Assembly: GCA_049606355.1 (NCBI GenBank)
Contig: JBMYVL010000003.1
Location: 60,001-92,000 of the forward strand
Length of the DNA stretch: 32,000 bases
Source: Opitutales bacterium
GTDB lineage: Bacteria; Verrucomicrobiota; Verrucomicrobiia; Opitutales; Coraliomargaritaceae
Direction of reading: 5' to 3'
In this document: in pieces, positions 1-11,080 of the stretch
Layout: every line of letters begins with the position of its first letter
Position numbering within the stretch: the stretch's first letter is position 1
Notes under the pieces: generated by a model
What the model was told of the DNA's origin: nothing
What the model saw: only the letters and a program-made list of their open reading frames with translations
The model's database searches: none
Made by a program: the position numbers and the translations under genes

Positions 1-1135
1 TAATTTTAAATGTTTTCGGGTCAATTGAATCGGGGACATCCAATCGGTTCACATCAACAATCGCATGGTATCCGCGCTCAGAAAAGACATCTATCAACAT
101 GGCCAGCGCGTCCGAATCCATCAGTACTTCATTTTCAGAATTGATCACTGCAGTCCCTGAGATCGCATGCCGTTTAATAATTGGCATGAAGTCCGTCTTG
201 ATGACATCCACCACTTGATTGAACAACGCGGTCTGCCGTTCTTCATAAGAATCCAAGCGATCGACCAAGTCTTGGCGGGCATGTTTGGATAGTGTACTCG
301 CCACTGGAATAGCGGAGAGGCGGTCGTAGGTCGACTCATCTAACTCCAAGGAACCCTGATAGCGTAATTCCTCGTCGATACGCTGCCGAACTTCTTCGAT
401 ACTGCCGTGCGCGTTGATAAAATGATAAAAGAAAATTTCGCGAAGGTCTTTGAGCGCTCCGTATGTTTTCTCTTTAAAAGTGCGATAGCGATTGTGGCAG
501 GCTTTGGCATCCAAGTCCGTCGCTCGCACTTCAACTAATTCTCCCACACCAGATTCCTTGACCTTCTCATTATGAATGTAGGCCTCTTCACCGCGCTTAA
601 TTTGCCGTGCGACACTCTCCTTCTCATCCACAAAGAGTACCACGATATGAAAATGCGGCTTTTTGAATGCTTCCGAAAAGAGTGTTGCTTTGAATTTATT
701 CCTTAACTCCGTCAATTTATGATAGAGCAACTTAACGCATTCGACCTGTACTTTGGTGCGTGGAAAACCATCAACCACCGCGCCCGATTTATAAATCGGC
801 TCAAGTAGCTTGCGCAGCATAATTTCGATCACCTCGCGATCGCCGACGAGAAGGCCAGCATCAATACGCTTACGCGCATCCTGGCTTTGCAGCAATGAGC
901 TCACCACCAGTGGCGGCGCCGTTAGATCACGATATTGCATTATGAAATTGGTATTGGTGCCCTTTCCCGCGCCCGGCGCACCGTTCAGCCAAAAGATCTC
1001 TTTAGGGAAACGTAGATTCTCCTCACCAATTTCTTCCTTCAGGCTAGCCCAGACCGAATTGAATATAATTTGCGCGTCCTTGACCTCAAGGTCTTGGACG
1101 GATGGTACGGAGGCGACGCCTGTTTTAGATGCCAT
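1..1135 (-). CDS. Adenylate-kinase-family (NMP-kinase-like) P-loop protein with long C-terminal extension; partial, 3' end runs off the window
   Basis: Absent from the supplied ORF track because it has no stop in the window. My reverse-complement translation from the ATG at 1135 stays open for 378 codons down to base 2. It reads [22 protein letters not shown]...[17 protein letters not shown] (AK-type P-loop GxPGxGKGT), then [11 protein letters not shown] (AK NMP-binding motif), then [22 protein letters not shown]...[14 protein letters not shown] (AK C-terminal pattern). More than 120 further residues follow (…[42 protein letters not shown]…). Confidence 0.6.
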   Translation of the reverse strand, partial: MASKTGVASVPSVQDLEVKDAQIIFNSVWASLKEEIGEENLRFPKEIFWLNGAPGAGKGTNTNFIMQYRDLTAPPLVVSSLLQSQDARKRIDAGLLVGDREVIEIMLRKLLEPIYKSGAVVDGFPRTKVQVECVKLLYHKLTELRNKFKATLFSEAFKKPHFHIVVLFVDEKESVARQIKRGEEAYIHNEKVKESGVGELVEVRATDLDAKACHNRYRTFKEKTYGALKDLREIFFYHFINAHGSIEEVRQRIDEELRYQGSLELDESTYDRLSAIPVASTLSKHARQDLVDRLDSYEERQTALFNQVVDVIKTDFMPIIKRHAISGTAVINSENEVLMDSDALAMLIDVFSERGYHAIVDVNRLDVPDSIDPKTFKI

Positions 1136-1199
1136 GACTAATGCTTCGTTAAGAGATCAAACGCACGTTTGTTGGTTACTGCCGCCCAGAACGCAAGAA

Positions 1200-2447
1200 T
1201 CATTGATCGCGATGCGGTAAATCTCGTGCGTCTACCGATCGGCGCGGCTCATTGCGCGGCAGGCATATCCGCGCGGCTGCCTGCTCAAAATCCTCTCGGC
1301 CAGACAGGATATCAATTTCAAGACGTAAGTAATACAGCGGCACTGGCGCCGGTATGGAGCCATGTAAGCGCACTGCATCTTTTTCGGTCGTCACCATCAT
1401 ATCCAAATTGGCCGCGGCCGCTTGATCATATAAATGCTTAATCTCGACCTCACTGAATCGATGGTGATCTAAAAAACGTTGATTATGCCGAATCTCTGCT
1501 CCGAAGTCGCGCAACATCGCCTCAAAACTTTCCGGTGAAGCGATGCCACTAAAGGCAGCAATTTGTGCCCCCTGTAAAGCTGCTAGGGGTAAGCGCTCCC
1601 CGCCACCAACCGGTTCGAGGTACTGCGGCTTGTGTGCACACTCTATAATTTCCGCCTCGGTATTGTGCTCACGAATCAATTCCAACAGCGCATCGTCGCG
1701 TTCACCATCTGATTTTGTCAGGAGGATATAACTGGCCCTTTTTAAGTGGCTGATAGGCTCACGAAGAATGCCTCGAGGCAGTAGGTGCTGATTTCCAAAC
1801 GGATTGGTTTTATCAACCAACAGTAGATTCAAGCGCCCCTTTAAGCGCAGGTATTGAAACCCATCATCCAGGATGAGTGTATCGCAGCCAAAATGACGAA
1901 TTGCATATGAACCGGCCTTCACCCGGTTCTTGTCACACAACACCACCACACCCGGCAAATTTTTTGCCAACATATAAGGTTCATCGCCGGCGACCTCGGA
2001 GTCCAGCAGCACTTGCTCGCCATCGCTCACGACCTTGGGAGGCGCTTCCACTCCATGTGAAAGCTTCCGCCACATTTTTTTAAAAAGCGGTTCCGTCTTA
2101 CTCTTATAACCACGACTCAGGATCGCGACTTTGCGGCCCCGCTCATGCAGGGTGCGGGCAAATTTCTCTACTACCGGTGTCTTACCCGTGCCACCCACAG
2201 TCAAATTACCCACCACGACAACGAGACATCCCAGAGGCTTATTGCGCATAATGCGGTGCTGATACAGATACCAACGTAAGCGCACCAGTCCTTGAAAGAG
2301 AAACGACAGCCCGTAGAGGCAGGTCGCCATGATTTCGGCGGCACGTCCATTCTGACGACGGTCATAGATCACATCCGCCGTAAATGTGGCAAAGGCATTT
2401 GCCCGGCTGGCAATTAAGTCGCGGAGCTGGCGGAGCTTGGTAGGCAT
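1200..2447 (-). CDS. lpxK: Tetraacyldisaccharide 4'-kinase (lipid A biosynthesis)
   Basis: 415-aa ORF. It has the LpxK hallmark P-loop [17 protein letters not shown], then ILSRGY, a DDGFQ-type motif and C-terminal TTEKDAVRL. The N-terminal hydrophobic helix is typical of LpxK. Confidence 0.85.
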   Translation of the reverse strand: MPTKLRQLRDLIASRANAFATFTADVIYDRRQNGRAAEIMATCLYGLSFLFQGLVRLRWYLYQHRIMRNKPLGCLVVVVGNLTVGGTGKTPVVEKFARTLHERGRKVAILSRGYKSKTEPLFKKMWRKLSHGVEAPPKVVSDGEQVLLDSEVAGDEPYMLAKNLPGVVVLCDKNRVKAGSYAIRHFGCDTLILDDGFQYLRLKGRLNLLLVDKTNPFGNQHLLPRGILREPISHLKRASYILLTKSDGERDDALLELIREHNTEAEIIECAHKPQYLEPVGGGERLPLAALQGAQIAAFSGIASPESFEAMLRDFGAEIRHNQRFLDHHRFSEVEIKHLYDQAAAANLDMMVTTEKDAVRLHGSIPAPVPLYYLRLEIDILSGREDFEQAAARICLPRNEPRRSVDARDLPHRDQ

Positions 2448-2683
2448 CAGTAAGGTAAAATGAGAAGACGCGGTGACCTTCTGAAAACCAGAAAGAGGGT
2501 TGACGCCAGTATTAATCGCCTCTTTTTACCCAAATTCTTGACATTGACCTTATATTTAACGCAGCAATCGCACTTTCAGAGATTCCACAAGATCTCATGT
2601 GGCGACCACGAGCGCACGTTAATGCTGCTCCGCGGGCCCAATCGCCATGGCCTGAAAGTCTTCATTCTAGCCCCTATTTTAAC

Positions 2684-2708
2684 GAGCCTCCGCAGTAGAC
2701 GGAGGCTC
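2684..2708 (+). promoter_or_regulatory. Perfect 9-bp stem / 7-nt loop hairpin in the presumed topB 5' leader
   Basis: GAGCCTCCG-cagtaga-CGGAGGCTC, ending 33 nt before the topB ATG. There is no U-tract on either strand and no upstream co-directional gene to terminate. Confidence 0.3.
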
Positions 2709-2741
2709 AAACGCATCTGAAAACGCCACTTTTCACCTACC

Positions 2742-5297
2742 ATGAAATATCTAATTATTGCGGAAAAGCCCTCGGTTGCCACGGATCTCTCGCGCGCGCT
2801 CTCCAAAAAGCTCGGGAAGTTCGAGAAAAAAGGAAAGTCGCGGGATGCTCAGTATTTTGTTAACGAAAACGCGGCGATCACTTCTGCAGTGGGTCATTTA
2901 GTTGAACTTAAAATGCCGACGGGCCCTAATGGGAAAAATTTGCCGTGGAATTTCAATGTGCTACCAGCCATTCCAAAAAAATTCGAACTCCAGCCAATTG
3001 AACAAAGTGCGGGGCGCCTGAAACATGTACTCAGTCTGGCGAAGAAAAAGGAATTTGATGTTATCGTAAATGCCTGTGATGCGGGACGCGAAGGTGAGTT
3101 GATTTTTCAATACATCATGGACATTGGTAAAATCCAAACCCCAGTGAAGCGGTTGTGGATGCAATCCATGACAACCAATGCGATTCAGGATGCTTGGGAG
3201 CAACTTCGCGATGGCACGAGCATGACACACCTCGCGGATGCCGCCAAATGCCGTTCCGAATCCGATTGGCTGGTCGGGCTCAACTCCACTCGTGCACTCA
3301 CTTGTTTCCGCTCGCGCCACGGAGGGTTTAATATCACTGCGGCAGGTCGCGTGCAAACCCCTACGTTAGCCATTCTGGCTAAACGCGAACGTGAAATCGG
3401 AGCCTTCACCGCCGAAGATTATTGGGAGGTGCATGCCGAGTTTGCAGTCTCTCAAGGGCTATATCCCGGTCGCTGGTTTGATCCGAATTACACAAAAGAC
3501 GAAGCGCTCAAACATGGCAGGGCCGAGCGCCTCTGGTCCGCAGAAACGGCACAGGCAATTGAAAGACGCTGCACCAATAAAACTGGCAGCGTGTCCGAGG
3601 AAACCAAGCCATCCAAGCAAATTGCTCCACAGCTTTACGACCTCACGACGCTTCAACGGGAGGCGCCCTTTACCGCAAAAAATACACTCGGCATCGCACA
3701 AGCTCTCTACGAGCGCCACAAGATGATTACGTACCCACGTACGGACTCACGCTATCTTCCTGAAGATTATTTAAACAACGTCCACGCAACGACTAAGGAA
3801 TTAGCTGGCAGCAATCACCCAGTGGCGCCGTGGGCCGCGCAGTCGATCGAGACGGGACAATTAAAATTCAATAAACGAATTTTCAACAATGCCAAAGTTT
3901 CGGATCACTTCGCGATTATTCCGACTGGTCGGCAAGTCAAACTCACGGAGCAAGAGGCCAAAGTATATGATATGATCGTGAAGCGCTTCATCGCTGTGTT
4001 CTATCCACAGGCAGAATTCGAAGTAACCAAACGAATCACTACCATTGATCACGGCTCAGAAAAAGATCACTTCCTCACTCAAGGTAAGACGCTCGTCCAT
4101 CCTGGTTGGCTAGCCGTGTATGGACGTGTTGCCGGAGTAGCGGCCGGTAAAGATGAGCTCGTCGCGGTACAGACTAACGAAACTGCAACTGTTGACTCCA
4201 TACGGATAGAAGCGAAGGAGACGAAGCCACCGGCTCGCTTCACCGAGTCCACCCTACTTGCTGCTATGGAAGGCGCAGGCAAACTCGTCGACGATGATGA
4301 ACTGCGCGAAGCGATGGCCGAACGCGGGCTCGGCACACCGGCCACCCGTGCAGCGGTTATTGAAGGTCTACTGCGCCAGAAATACATCGCACGAGAAGGC
4401 CGTGAACTCAACGTGACCGGCAAAGGCTTACGCCTCATCGAACTGTGCGAGGAAATGCAGATTAAGGCGCTCTCCTCCCCCTCGATGACCGGAGACTGGG
4501 AAGCAAAGCTCAATAAAATGCAACGCGGTGAAATCGACCGAAACACCTTCATGGATGAAATTGTGCAATTTACCGAAGCAGTGGTCGCGAAAGCCAAAGC
4601 CCATATGGATGCTGCGGTGAATCGAGTCTACCCGGACTTGGAAACACCTTGCCCAAGCTGTGGTGCATCGCGACTCAAGCAAACGGATGCGACCTATGAG
4701 TGTCGCGACATCGACTGCCGCTTCAAAATATCCAAGCACATCGCGGGTCGTCTCTTGGACGAAGCCGAAGCAATCGAGCTGATTACCGAAAAAGCCCTGC
4801 CGGAGATGGACGGCTTCTTATCGCGCTTTAATAAGCCTTTCAGCGCAGGGCTCAAGCTCGCGCAGACAGTCAGCAAAACAGGCAAGCTCGGTAAATGGAA
4901 AATTGATTTTGTCTTCGATGATGAACTCGAACCTGCTGAAGACCTGCGCGAGGACCAGATCATCAAACAGTTGCAGCTCAAAAACGGCAGTAACGGCACA
5001 CTTTACGCAACTGATAAAGCTTACTATCTGCCGGAGCTTAAAACCAAGGATGCCCCAGAGGGCTTCCGTTTGGGCAAAACAATCCTCCAAAAGGAATTAC
5101 AGCCAAGCGATGTCGAAAAACTCTTCACTGCAGGTAAAACCGAATTGCTGAATGGCTTTATTTCCAAACGAACCAAGCGTCCTTTCAAAGCCTACCTAAA
5201 TCTAGATTTTGAGACTGGGAAGATCGGCTTCGAATTCCCACCGCGCGCGGGCAAAGAATCCACCAAAGCTACGACTAAAAAAACCGCAGCAAAGTGA
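2742..5297 (+). CDS. topB: Type IA DNA topoisomerase, topoisomerase III-like, with Zn-ribbon and two C-terminal topoisomerase repeats
   Basis: 851 aa. The N-terminus [13 protein letters not shown] plus CDAGREGE forms the Toprim domain. The active-site tyrosine motif is [12 protein letters not shown] Zn-ribbon reads CPSCG...YECRDIDC. Two C-terminal repeats of the form ...GF(L/I)S(R/K)..KPF.A.L.L... are present. Confidence 0.88.
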   Translation: MKYLIIAEKPSVATDLSRALSKKLGKFEKKGKSRDAQYFVNENAAITSAVGHLVELKMPTGPNGKNLPWNFNVLPAIPKKFELQPIEQSAGRLKHVLSLAKKKEFDVIVNACDAGREGELIFQYIMDIGKIQTPVKRLWMQSMTTNAIQDAWEQLRDGTSMTHLADAAKCRSESDWLVGLNSTRALTCFRSRHGGFNITAAGRVQTPTLAILAKREREIGAFTAEDYWEVHAEFAVSQGLYPGRWFDPNYTKDEALKHGRAERLWSAETAQAIERRCTNKTGSVSEETKPSKQIAPQLYDLTTLQREAPFTAKNTLGIAQALYERHKMITYPRTDSRYLPEDYLNNVHATTKELAGSNHPVAPWAAQSIETGQLKFNKRIFNNAKVSDHFAIIPTGRQVKLTEQEAKVYDMIVKRFIAVFYPQAEFEVTKRITTIDHGSEKDHFLTQGKTLVHPGWLAVYGRVAGVAAGKDELVAVQTNETATVDSIRIEAKETKPPARFTESTLLAAMEGAGKLVDDDELREAMAERGLGTPATRAAVIEGLLRQKYIAREGRELNVTGKGLRLIELCEEMQIKALSSPSMTGDWEAKLNKMQRGEIDRNTFMDEIVQFTEAVVAKAKAHMDAAVNRVYPDLETPCPSCGASRLKQTDATYECRDIDCRFKISKHIAGRLLDEAEAIELITEKALPEMDGFLSRFNKPFSAGLKLAQTVSKTGKLGKWKIDFVFDDELEPAEDLREDQIIKQLQLKNGSNGTLYATDKAYYLPELKTKDAPEGFRLGKTILQKELQPSDVEKLFTAGKTELLNGFISKRTKRPFKAYLNLDFETGKIGFEFPPRAGKESTKATTKKTAAK

Positions 5298-5345
5298 TTG
5301 TTGGCATTGCTCATAGCGAGATTTACTCACATAGAAAATTACAGT

Positions 5346-6491
5346 ATGAAACCGGAAACTAGACCGAATCGTCCCTACTTCTCATCGGGCCCCTGCTCAA
5401 AACGACCGGGATGGACGCTGGATGCGCTCAATGGCGCATTGGTTGGGCGCTCACATCGAGCCAAGAATGCAAAAGCGCGCATTCAGGAAGTCATCGACAA
5501 GTCGAAGGCTATTTTAGGGCTTCCAGAAGGTTATGTCTGCGGAATCGTCCCGGCATCCGACACAGGCGCGGTGGAAATGGCGATGTGGTCTTTACTGGGC
5601 GCGCGGGGCGTCGACATGTGTGCCTGGGAATCATTTGGTTCCGGCTGGGTCACCGATGTCCTCAAGCAACTGAAGCTCGAGAAGGTCACCCGGCATGAAG
5701 CGGATTATGGGCAATTACCGGATTTCAGCAAAGTTGATTTTAGCAATGATGTGGTCTTCACCTACAACGGCACCACCTCTGGAGTCAAAGTGCCCAACCT
5801 GGATTGGATACCAGCAAACCGCGAAGGCCTCACGATTTGCGATGCGACCTCAGCAGTTTTCGCGATGGGGATCGACTACAGTAAATTAGACGTCATCACT
5901 TGGTCTTGGCAAAAAGTCATGGGAGGCGAAGCCGCACATGGTATGATTGTTCTCAGTCCCCGCGCAATAAAACGCCTCGAGTCGTATACGCCGGCATGGC
6001 CGATACCGAAGATTTTCCGGATGACTAAGGGCGGCAAACTCATCAAGGGTATTTTCGAGGCTGCGACGATCAATACCGTATCGATGCTCTGCGTCGAAGA
6101 TGCCGTCGATGGGCTCAACTGGGCGGAATCCATTGGCGGGCTGCCCGCATTGATTGAGCGCTCCGAAGCGAACCTGCAGGTAGTCGCGGAATGGGTTAAG
6201 CAGACCGACTGGATTGAATTTTTAGCGGATGATCCCACGACGCGCTCCAACACATCCATTTGCCTAAAAATTGTCGCCCCTTGGTACCAATCCTTATCGG
6301 CTGAGGAACAAGCAGCGAAGGCGAAAGCACTGGTCAAACGAATCGAAGATGAGGGCATCGCCTTCGATTTCGGCAGTTATCGTGATGCGCCGGCAGGCAT
6401 TCGCCTGTGGGGGGGCGCGACCGTAGACGCTGCGGATACCGCTGCGCTATTGCCGTGGCTCGATTGGGCCTTCAATGAAATACAACACTGA
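5346..6491 (+). CDS. serC: Phosphoserine aminotransferase (short archaeal/alphaproteobacterial-type SerC)
   Basis: The track ORF starts at TTG 5298. I prefer the in-frame ATG at 5346, giving [23 protein letters not shown], the characteristic N-terminus of this SerC subtype. It has a class-V aminotransferase layout of about 381 aa. Confidence 0.8.
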   Translation: MKPETRPNRPYFSSGPCSKRPGWTLDALNGALVGRSHRAKNAKARIQEVIDKSKAILGLPEGYVCGIVPASDTGAVEMAMWSLLGARGVDMCAWESFGSGWVTDVLKQLKLEKVTRHEADYGQLPDFSKVDFSNDVVFTYNGTTSGVKVPNLDWIPANREGLTICDATSAVFAMGIDYSKLDVITWSWQKVMGGEAAHGMIVLSPRAIKRLESYTPAWPIPKIFRMTKGGKLIKGIFEAATINTVSMLCVEDAVDGLNWAESIGGLPALIERSEANLQVVAEWVKQTDWIEFLADDPTTRSNTSICLKIVAPWYQSLSAEEQAAKAKALVKRIEDEGIAFDFGSYRDAPAGIRLWGGATVDAADTAALLPWLDWAFNEIQH

Positions 6492-6499
6492 GCATCCCG

Positions 6500-7780
6500 T
6501 TGATTTTGCTTCCAGAAGTTTCAAAGTCAGCCAAACAGCCATTCCATGTGATGGCGAAAGCGATTGGGCCGATTTGCAATCTCGATTGTAAGTATTGCTT
6601 TTATTTAGAAAAAGAGCAGCTCTACCCCAACAACGAAAAGTGGAAGATGTCGGACGAACGGCTTGAAGCCTTCATTCGTGATTACATTGCGGCACAACCG
6701 GGTCCCGAAGTAAGTTTTGCATTTCAGGGAGGCGAACCGACTCTGTTAGGTGTGGACTATTTCCGCAAGGTTGTCGCCTATCAAGAGAAACATGCTCAAG
6801 GGAAACGTATCAGCACTGCGTTTCAAACGAACGGCACCCTACTCAATGACGAGTGGGGTGTATTTCTTGCCGAAAATAATTTTCTAGTTGGGTTATCAAT
6901 TGATGGCCCTGAAGCGATTCACAACGCTAACCGCGTCGACAAGAAAGGTCGTGACAGCTACAAAGAGGTAATCCGAGGTCTAAATATTTTACGTAAATAC
7001 AAGGTCGAGTTCAACACACTTACCTGCGTCAACAGTATCACCGTTCAGCATCCAGTTAAGATCTATAAGTTCTTAAAAAGCATTGGCTCCAAATACTTAC
7101 AATTCATCCCCATTGTGGAACGCGAAGTTGACACTGCTGCGGCCAAATTAGGCTTGGATTTTGCTGCTCCACCAGACCTTGAGCAGCCACCTGAGAATCG
7201 TGAGAATCCACAGATGTCACCCTTCGCGGTTCCCGCCGAAGCGTATGGCGAATTTCTCTGCAAAATTTTTGATGAATGGATCAAGCGTGACGTTGGAAAG
7301 GTCTTTGTTCAGCTCTTTGATGTAGCACTCAACAAGTGGCTGAAGATACCTGGTGGCCTCTGCTACTTTGCTGAAACTTGCGGGCGAGCTCTGGCGATGG
7401 AGCACGATGGTGATCTCTATACCTGCGATCATTATGTCTACCCCAAATACAAACTCGGCAATCTAATGAACACCAGCCTCGGTGAACTTGCAGATAGCCC
7501 GATGGCACAAGCATTTGGGCAGGATAAACGCGAGCGCTTACCGAAGTATTGCCGTGATTGTTCGGTACGCTTCGCTTGTAATGGCGAATGTCCAAAGCAC
7601 CGCTTCACTTGGACGCCAGATGGCGAATGGGGCCTGAACTACCTCTGCCCAGCCTATAAAAAATTCTTCACGCACATAGACCCGGCAATGCAGCTGATGG
7701 CGGACCTCTACCGCCAACAACGAGCACCAGCTGAGGCGATGGAGCTACTCGCACAACAACGACGGGACAAACGTCGCTGA
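6500..7780 (+). CDS. Anaerobic sulfatase-maturating enzyme (radical SAM, SPASM domain)
   Basis: 426 aa with a TTG start 8 nt after the serC stop. The radical-SAM cluster motif is FHVMAKAIGPICNLDCKYCFY (CxxxCxxC). DGDLYTCDHYVY is present. The SPASM motif is CRDCSVRFACNGEC (Cx2Cx5Cx3C). Confidence 0.85.
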   Translation: MILLPEVSKSAKQPFHVMAKAIGPICNLDCKYCFYLEKEQLYPNNEKWKMSDERLEAFIRDYIAAQPGPEVSFAFQGGEPTLLGVDYFRKVVAYQEKHAQGKRISTAFQTNGTLLNDEWGVFLAENNFLVGLSIDGPEAIHNANRVDKKGRDSYKEVIRGLNILRKYKVEFNTLTCVNSITVQHPVKIYKFLKSIGSKYLQFIPIVEREVDTAAAKLGLDFAAPPDLEQPPENRENPQMSPFAVPAEAYGEFLCKIFDEWIKRDVGKVFVQLFDVALNKWLKIPGGLCYFAETCGRALAMEHDGDLYTCDHYVYPKYKLGNLMNTSLGELADSPMAQAFGQDKRERLPKYCRDCSVRFACNGECPKHRFTWTPDGEWGLNYLCPAYKKFFTHIDPAMQLMADLYRQQRAPAEAMELLAQQRRDKRR

Positions 7781-7813
7781 TAAGGCTCTGTTCGCACTCA
7801 TCGAATTTAGCTT

Positions 7814-9235
7814 TTAACGTCGAGCTAGCTGATCCACTGCTGGTACAATTCCTGCACGATGCGTGCGGTACAACTCGGTGAGAGCCGAAACCTGCTCTGG
7901 GTACATTCCAGCGAGATCATACCGCTCCGCAGGGTCTTCATTCAAATCATAAAGGGCACACAACTGAATTTCGCCCCGATCTGAGGCTGTGCGGTCGAAA
8001 TGACCCTTAAACCGGCCGCGACGAATTGCCTCGATTGTTTGGTGTCGATAAAAAATCATGTTATCACGTGGACTCAGGCCGCCGTTGAACAATGTCTCAG
8101 TTAGGTCGAAGCTATCCTCCGCACACAGGGGTAATTCCACATCAACTACTGAGGCAATTGTCGCCATAAGGTCCAGTGTACTGCCAATCCCGTGAATGAC
8201 TGCTGCTTCAATCGTACCCGGCCACCAAAAGATCGCTGGTACACGCATGCCTCCGTCCCAAGTTGTCCCCTTGCCACCTCGTAAAGGACCTGCACTGCCA
8301 CCCTGCGTCTTAAACTGCAACCATGGTCCATTATCAGACGTAAAAAGAACTAAGGTATCTTTATCGATGCCGCAGGCTTGCAAAGCTTTTAATACCTCAC
8401 CAACAGACCAATCCAGCTCTTCGATTACATCACCATAAATGCCCGCAGTACTGGAACTCACAAACTCCTTTGACCGAAATAATGGCACATGGGGCATGCT
8501 GTGGGCCAAATACAGAAAAAATGGCTGCCCCGCATTTTCCTTGATGAACTCAACCGACTTTTGGGTGTAAATTTGGGTTAATTGCCTTTGATCAGGGCCA
8601 CGTTCAAGTACCTGTCCACCTGCCATAAGTGGCACCCGCCAATATTCACTCTTGGGCTCATTCCAATGTTGCCCAGTGTGCCACTCTCCTAGGCTGCCAC
8701 CATTGAGCTCTTTTACAGTGTCACGATCCATATCCATGTCATTGCTATATGGAATACCAAACCAACTATCAAAGCCGTGCTGAATCGGGAGATACTCTGG
8801 TAAATGACCTAGATGCCATTTACCAACCATCGCCGTACGGTAACCCACATCTCTCAAAAGTTCGGCAATCGTAATTTCATTAGCAGGTAAACCGCCAGTG
8901 GAGTCAGGAAATAGAACCTGATAGACGGATGAGCACATACCATTACGAATCGGGTACCGCCCAGTAAGTAAGCCCGCTCGACTGGGAGTGCAGACTGATG
9001 CGGCGGCGTAAAAATTTGTCCACTTTTGTCCCTCCGAAGCCATCCGATCAAGATGTGGTGTCCGAATCGTCGGATGCCCATTACAACTCATATCACCGTA
9101 ACCCATATCATCGGCAACGATTATGACGATGTTTGGCTGACGCGATTCCTCCCCACAAAGAGACAGGTAAGTAAATAAAACCGACACACAGCTCAATAGC
9201 ACGCAACGCGACGTGAAATGAGGTAAACGCAACAT
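7814..9235 (-). CDS. Formylglycine-dependent (Cys-type) sulfatase, arylsulfatase A family, secreted
   Basis: IVIIVADDMGYGD metal-site motif and the CTPSRAGLLTGRYP FGly signature. The N-terminus MLRLPHFTSRCVLLSCVSVLFTYLSLCG looks like a signal peptide. I chose ATG 9235 because the track start at 9271 lies only 7 nt from the tRNA-His 3' end. Confidence 0.85.
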   Translation of the reverse strand: MLRLPHFTSRCVLLSCVSVLFTYLSLCGEESRQPNIVIIVADDMGYGDMSCNGHPTIRTPHLDRMASEGQKWTNFYAAASVCTPSRAGLLTGRYPIRNGMCSSVYQVLFPDSTGGLPANEITIAELLRDVGYRTAMVGKWHLGHLPEYLPIQHGFDSWFGIPYSNDMDMDRDTVKELNGGSLGEWHTGQHWNEPKSEYWRVPLMAGGQVLERGPDQRQLTQIYTQKSVEFIKENAGQPFFLYLAHSMPHVPLFRSKEFVSSSTAGIYGDVIEELDWSVGEVLKALQACGIDKDTLVLFTSDNGPWLQFKTQGGSAGPLRGGKGTTWDGGMRVPAIFWWPGTIEAAVIHGIGSTLDLMATIASVVDVELPLCAEDSFDLTETLFNGGLSPRDNMIFYRHQTIEAIRRGRFKGHFDRTASDRGEIQLCALYDLNEDPAERYDLAGMYPEQVSALTELYRTHRAGIVPAVDQLARR

Positions 9236-9277
9236 ATAACAGGCATACAGCACGAAGAAAGACTGATGCAACAGAAA

Positions 9278-9358
<81 letters not shown>

Positions 9359-9398
9359 CAAGGAACCGAGCGGTTGAGGTTCCTACAATAAAAGGCGC

Positions 9399-9428
9399 TT
9401 ATAATTTTTCGAAGCAACGTCATGTCAA
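9399..9428 (-). promoter_or_regulatory. Candidate sigma70-like promoter for tRNA-His
   Basis: The minus strand reads TTGACA-N17/18-(A)TTATAA about 40 nt upstream of the tRNA 5' end. The leader contains a GGAACC/GGTTCC hairpin (9362-9383). Confidence 0.4.
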
Positions 9429-9573
9429 CAACGCTTTGTATGAATTTTCATTGAGTGTCGTATTCTCAGTAATTGGCAGGTGTGCACTTGCGTCTTTGCC
9501 GATACCCCGCCATTCCAATGTTCTATTGAAATCGAAACCGGAGGGCACCGAACGAACTGAGCCAGAACTCGAA

Positions 9574-10242
9574 ATGAACCAACACTCTCTACCCAATGCT
9601 GTGCTATGGGATATGGATGGCACACTCATTGATCAAACGGCAGCCATCATACGCTGCTACAGCGAAGTGATTACGGAGCTCGGCTATAATCCCCCGAAAC
9701 CCGAACACATCCTACGCAGTCTGGGAGGGCCGATGGCTTCGACCATGGCACTGTTTGTCGAAGCATCCAAACTGGAAGTAAGTTGCCAGCGATTCCGCTC
9801 ACGCTTCCCCGAAATCATGCTCGACGGCTTAATCTTACTGCCCGGCGCTCGGGAATTGATTACGCTCTTCGCCCAACAGAATATCCCACAAGCGATCTTG
9901 ACCAACAAACATGGCGAAACTGCTAGAACCGTCCGCACTCACCTTGGGTTAAGCGAACACTTACCCATTTGTATCGGCAATTCCGATACCGAATGGAGCA
10001 AACCGCAAGCTGAGCTCACTCAATACGTACTCGATCAATTAAACGTAAATGCCCAAGGGGCGATTCTCATTGGTGACTCCCCTACTGACATTGCGACTGC
10101 CAGAAATGCCGGCATGGATTGTTACTGCGTAGCCACTGGTGCCCACGGGCGGAACGAACTGGATGCAGCGGGAGCGGTCGCCACTTATCAGTCGCTCCAT
10201 GAACTATACCAAGCCTTCCCACAAGGGACAGGCGCCCGATAA
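9574..10242 (+). CDS. HAD-superfamily hydrolase (phosphoglycolate phosphatase-like)
   Basis: Motif I is AVLWDMDGTLIDQ (DxDGT). Motif II is the T in ILTNK, and the C-terminal acidic motif is LIGDSPTDIATARNAG. I chose ATG 9574 (MNQHSLPN...) because the 46-codon upstream extension in the track has no family counterpart. Confidence 0.7.
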   Translation: MNQHSLPNAVLWDMDGTLIDQTAAIIRCYSEVITELGYNPPKPEHILRSLGGPMASTMALFVEASKLEVSCQRFRSRFPEIMLDGLILLPGARELITLFAQQNIPQAILTNKHGETARTVRTHLGLSEHLPICIGNSDTEWSKPQAELTQYVLDQLNVNAQGAILIGDSPTDIATARNAGMDCYCVATGAHGRNELDAAGAVATYQSLHELYQAFPQGTGAR

Positions 10243-10253
10243 AGTGCCGCGAA

Positions 10254-10937
10254 CTATCGCTCGCCTCGCAGAGTCGTCTGTATCGGAGCTTTGGTATAGG
10301 CTACCTGCGCGCCCGCCAAAGTGCCGATAAAAGACACGGAAGGCATCACCAACGCACGTGGACCTAATATAGATCCGGGATTCAGCACCGCATTGCAGCC
10401 GACTTCCGCGCCATCACCAACAATGGCTCCAAGTTTTCGCAGTCCGGTGCCACATTTTGTGCCATCCAAAAGTTTTACCTGAACTTCGGTTTGGTCGAGC
10501 CGTAGGTTCGAACAAACCACCCCCGCACCGAGGTGTGAGCCATTGCCTAAAATACTGTCCCCGACATAGCTAAAATGAGGCACTTGCACCCGATCGAGCA
10601 ATAAGCAGTTTTTAAACTCGCAAGAGTTGCCGAGGACACAGCCCGCCCCGGCGATGACATTGCCACGAATAAACACACCTGGTCTCAACTCACAGCCCTC
10701 CGCAATGTAGGCAGGACCTTGTATCGAACCAAAGGCAGGCAACCGTACCGAAGGATGGATGTAGACGGGCCCCTCGACGTGCAGACCTGCAGGGCAATCG
10801 CTTACGACAACATCCTCTGGCAGCTTGCTGAGCGCTTTCCTGACGATTGGCAACCACTCCCACGGAGCCATTTCCACACAGAACTCATTCGCAAAGGGTA
10901 ACGAATCCGGAAATTTAAAAAGGTCACCTGCTTTCAT
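10254..10937 (-). CDS. Hexapeptide-repeat (left-handed beta-helix) transferase-family protein
   Basis: Tandem [LIV]-G-x4 hexapeptide periodicity runs through IRGNVIAGAGCVLGNSCEFKNCLLLDRVQVPHFSYVGDSILGNGSHLGAGVVCSN...AIVGDGAEVGCNAVLNPGSILG. I chose ATG 10937 (MKAGDLF...); the longer track ORF would overlap the hflX leader. Substrate unknown. Confidence 0.5.
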   Translation of the reverse strand: MKAGDLFKFPDSLPFANEFCVEMAPWEWLPIVRKALSKLPEDVVVSDCPAGLHVEGPVYIHPSVRLPAFGSIQGPAYIAEGCELRPGVFIRGNVIAGAGCVLGNSCEFKNCLLLDRVQVPHFSYVGDSILGNGSHLGAGVVCSNLRLDQTEVQVKLLDGTKCGTGLRKLGAIVGDGAEVGCNAVLNPGSILGPRALVMPSVSFIGTLAGAQVAYTKAPIQTTLRGER

Positions 10938-11080
10938 GAACCCAAAGCCAATAGTAAAGTCTGCCGTGCGTGAACTTAAAAATACGCGAATTGAGAATCG
11001 ATCTCTTACCGAAGACAGCCATAACAAAGCTATCATTTTCAATCGAAATACAAGTGCACGACGTTAAGGAAAAACCCAAA

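Noticed and set aside
810-1220. 136-aa plus-strand ORF, plus the small minus-strand ORFs at 145-534
   Set aside because: They overlap the 378-codon AK-like minus-strand frame, which has clear kinase motifs. They are out-of-frame or antisense artefacts.
4079-4597. 172-aa minus-strand ORF and neighbouring antisense ORFs inside topB
   Set aside because: They are embedded in the well-supported topoisomerase CDS. The Ser/Ala/Arg-rich sequence is typical of antisense frames.
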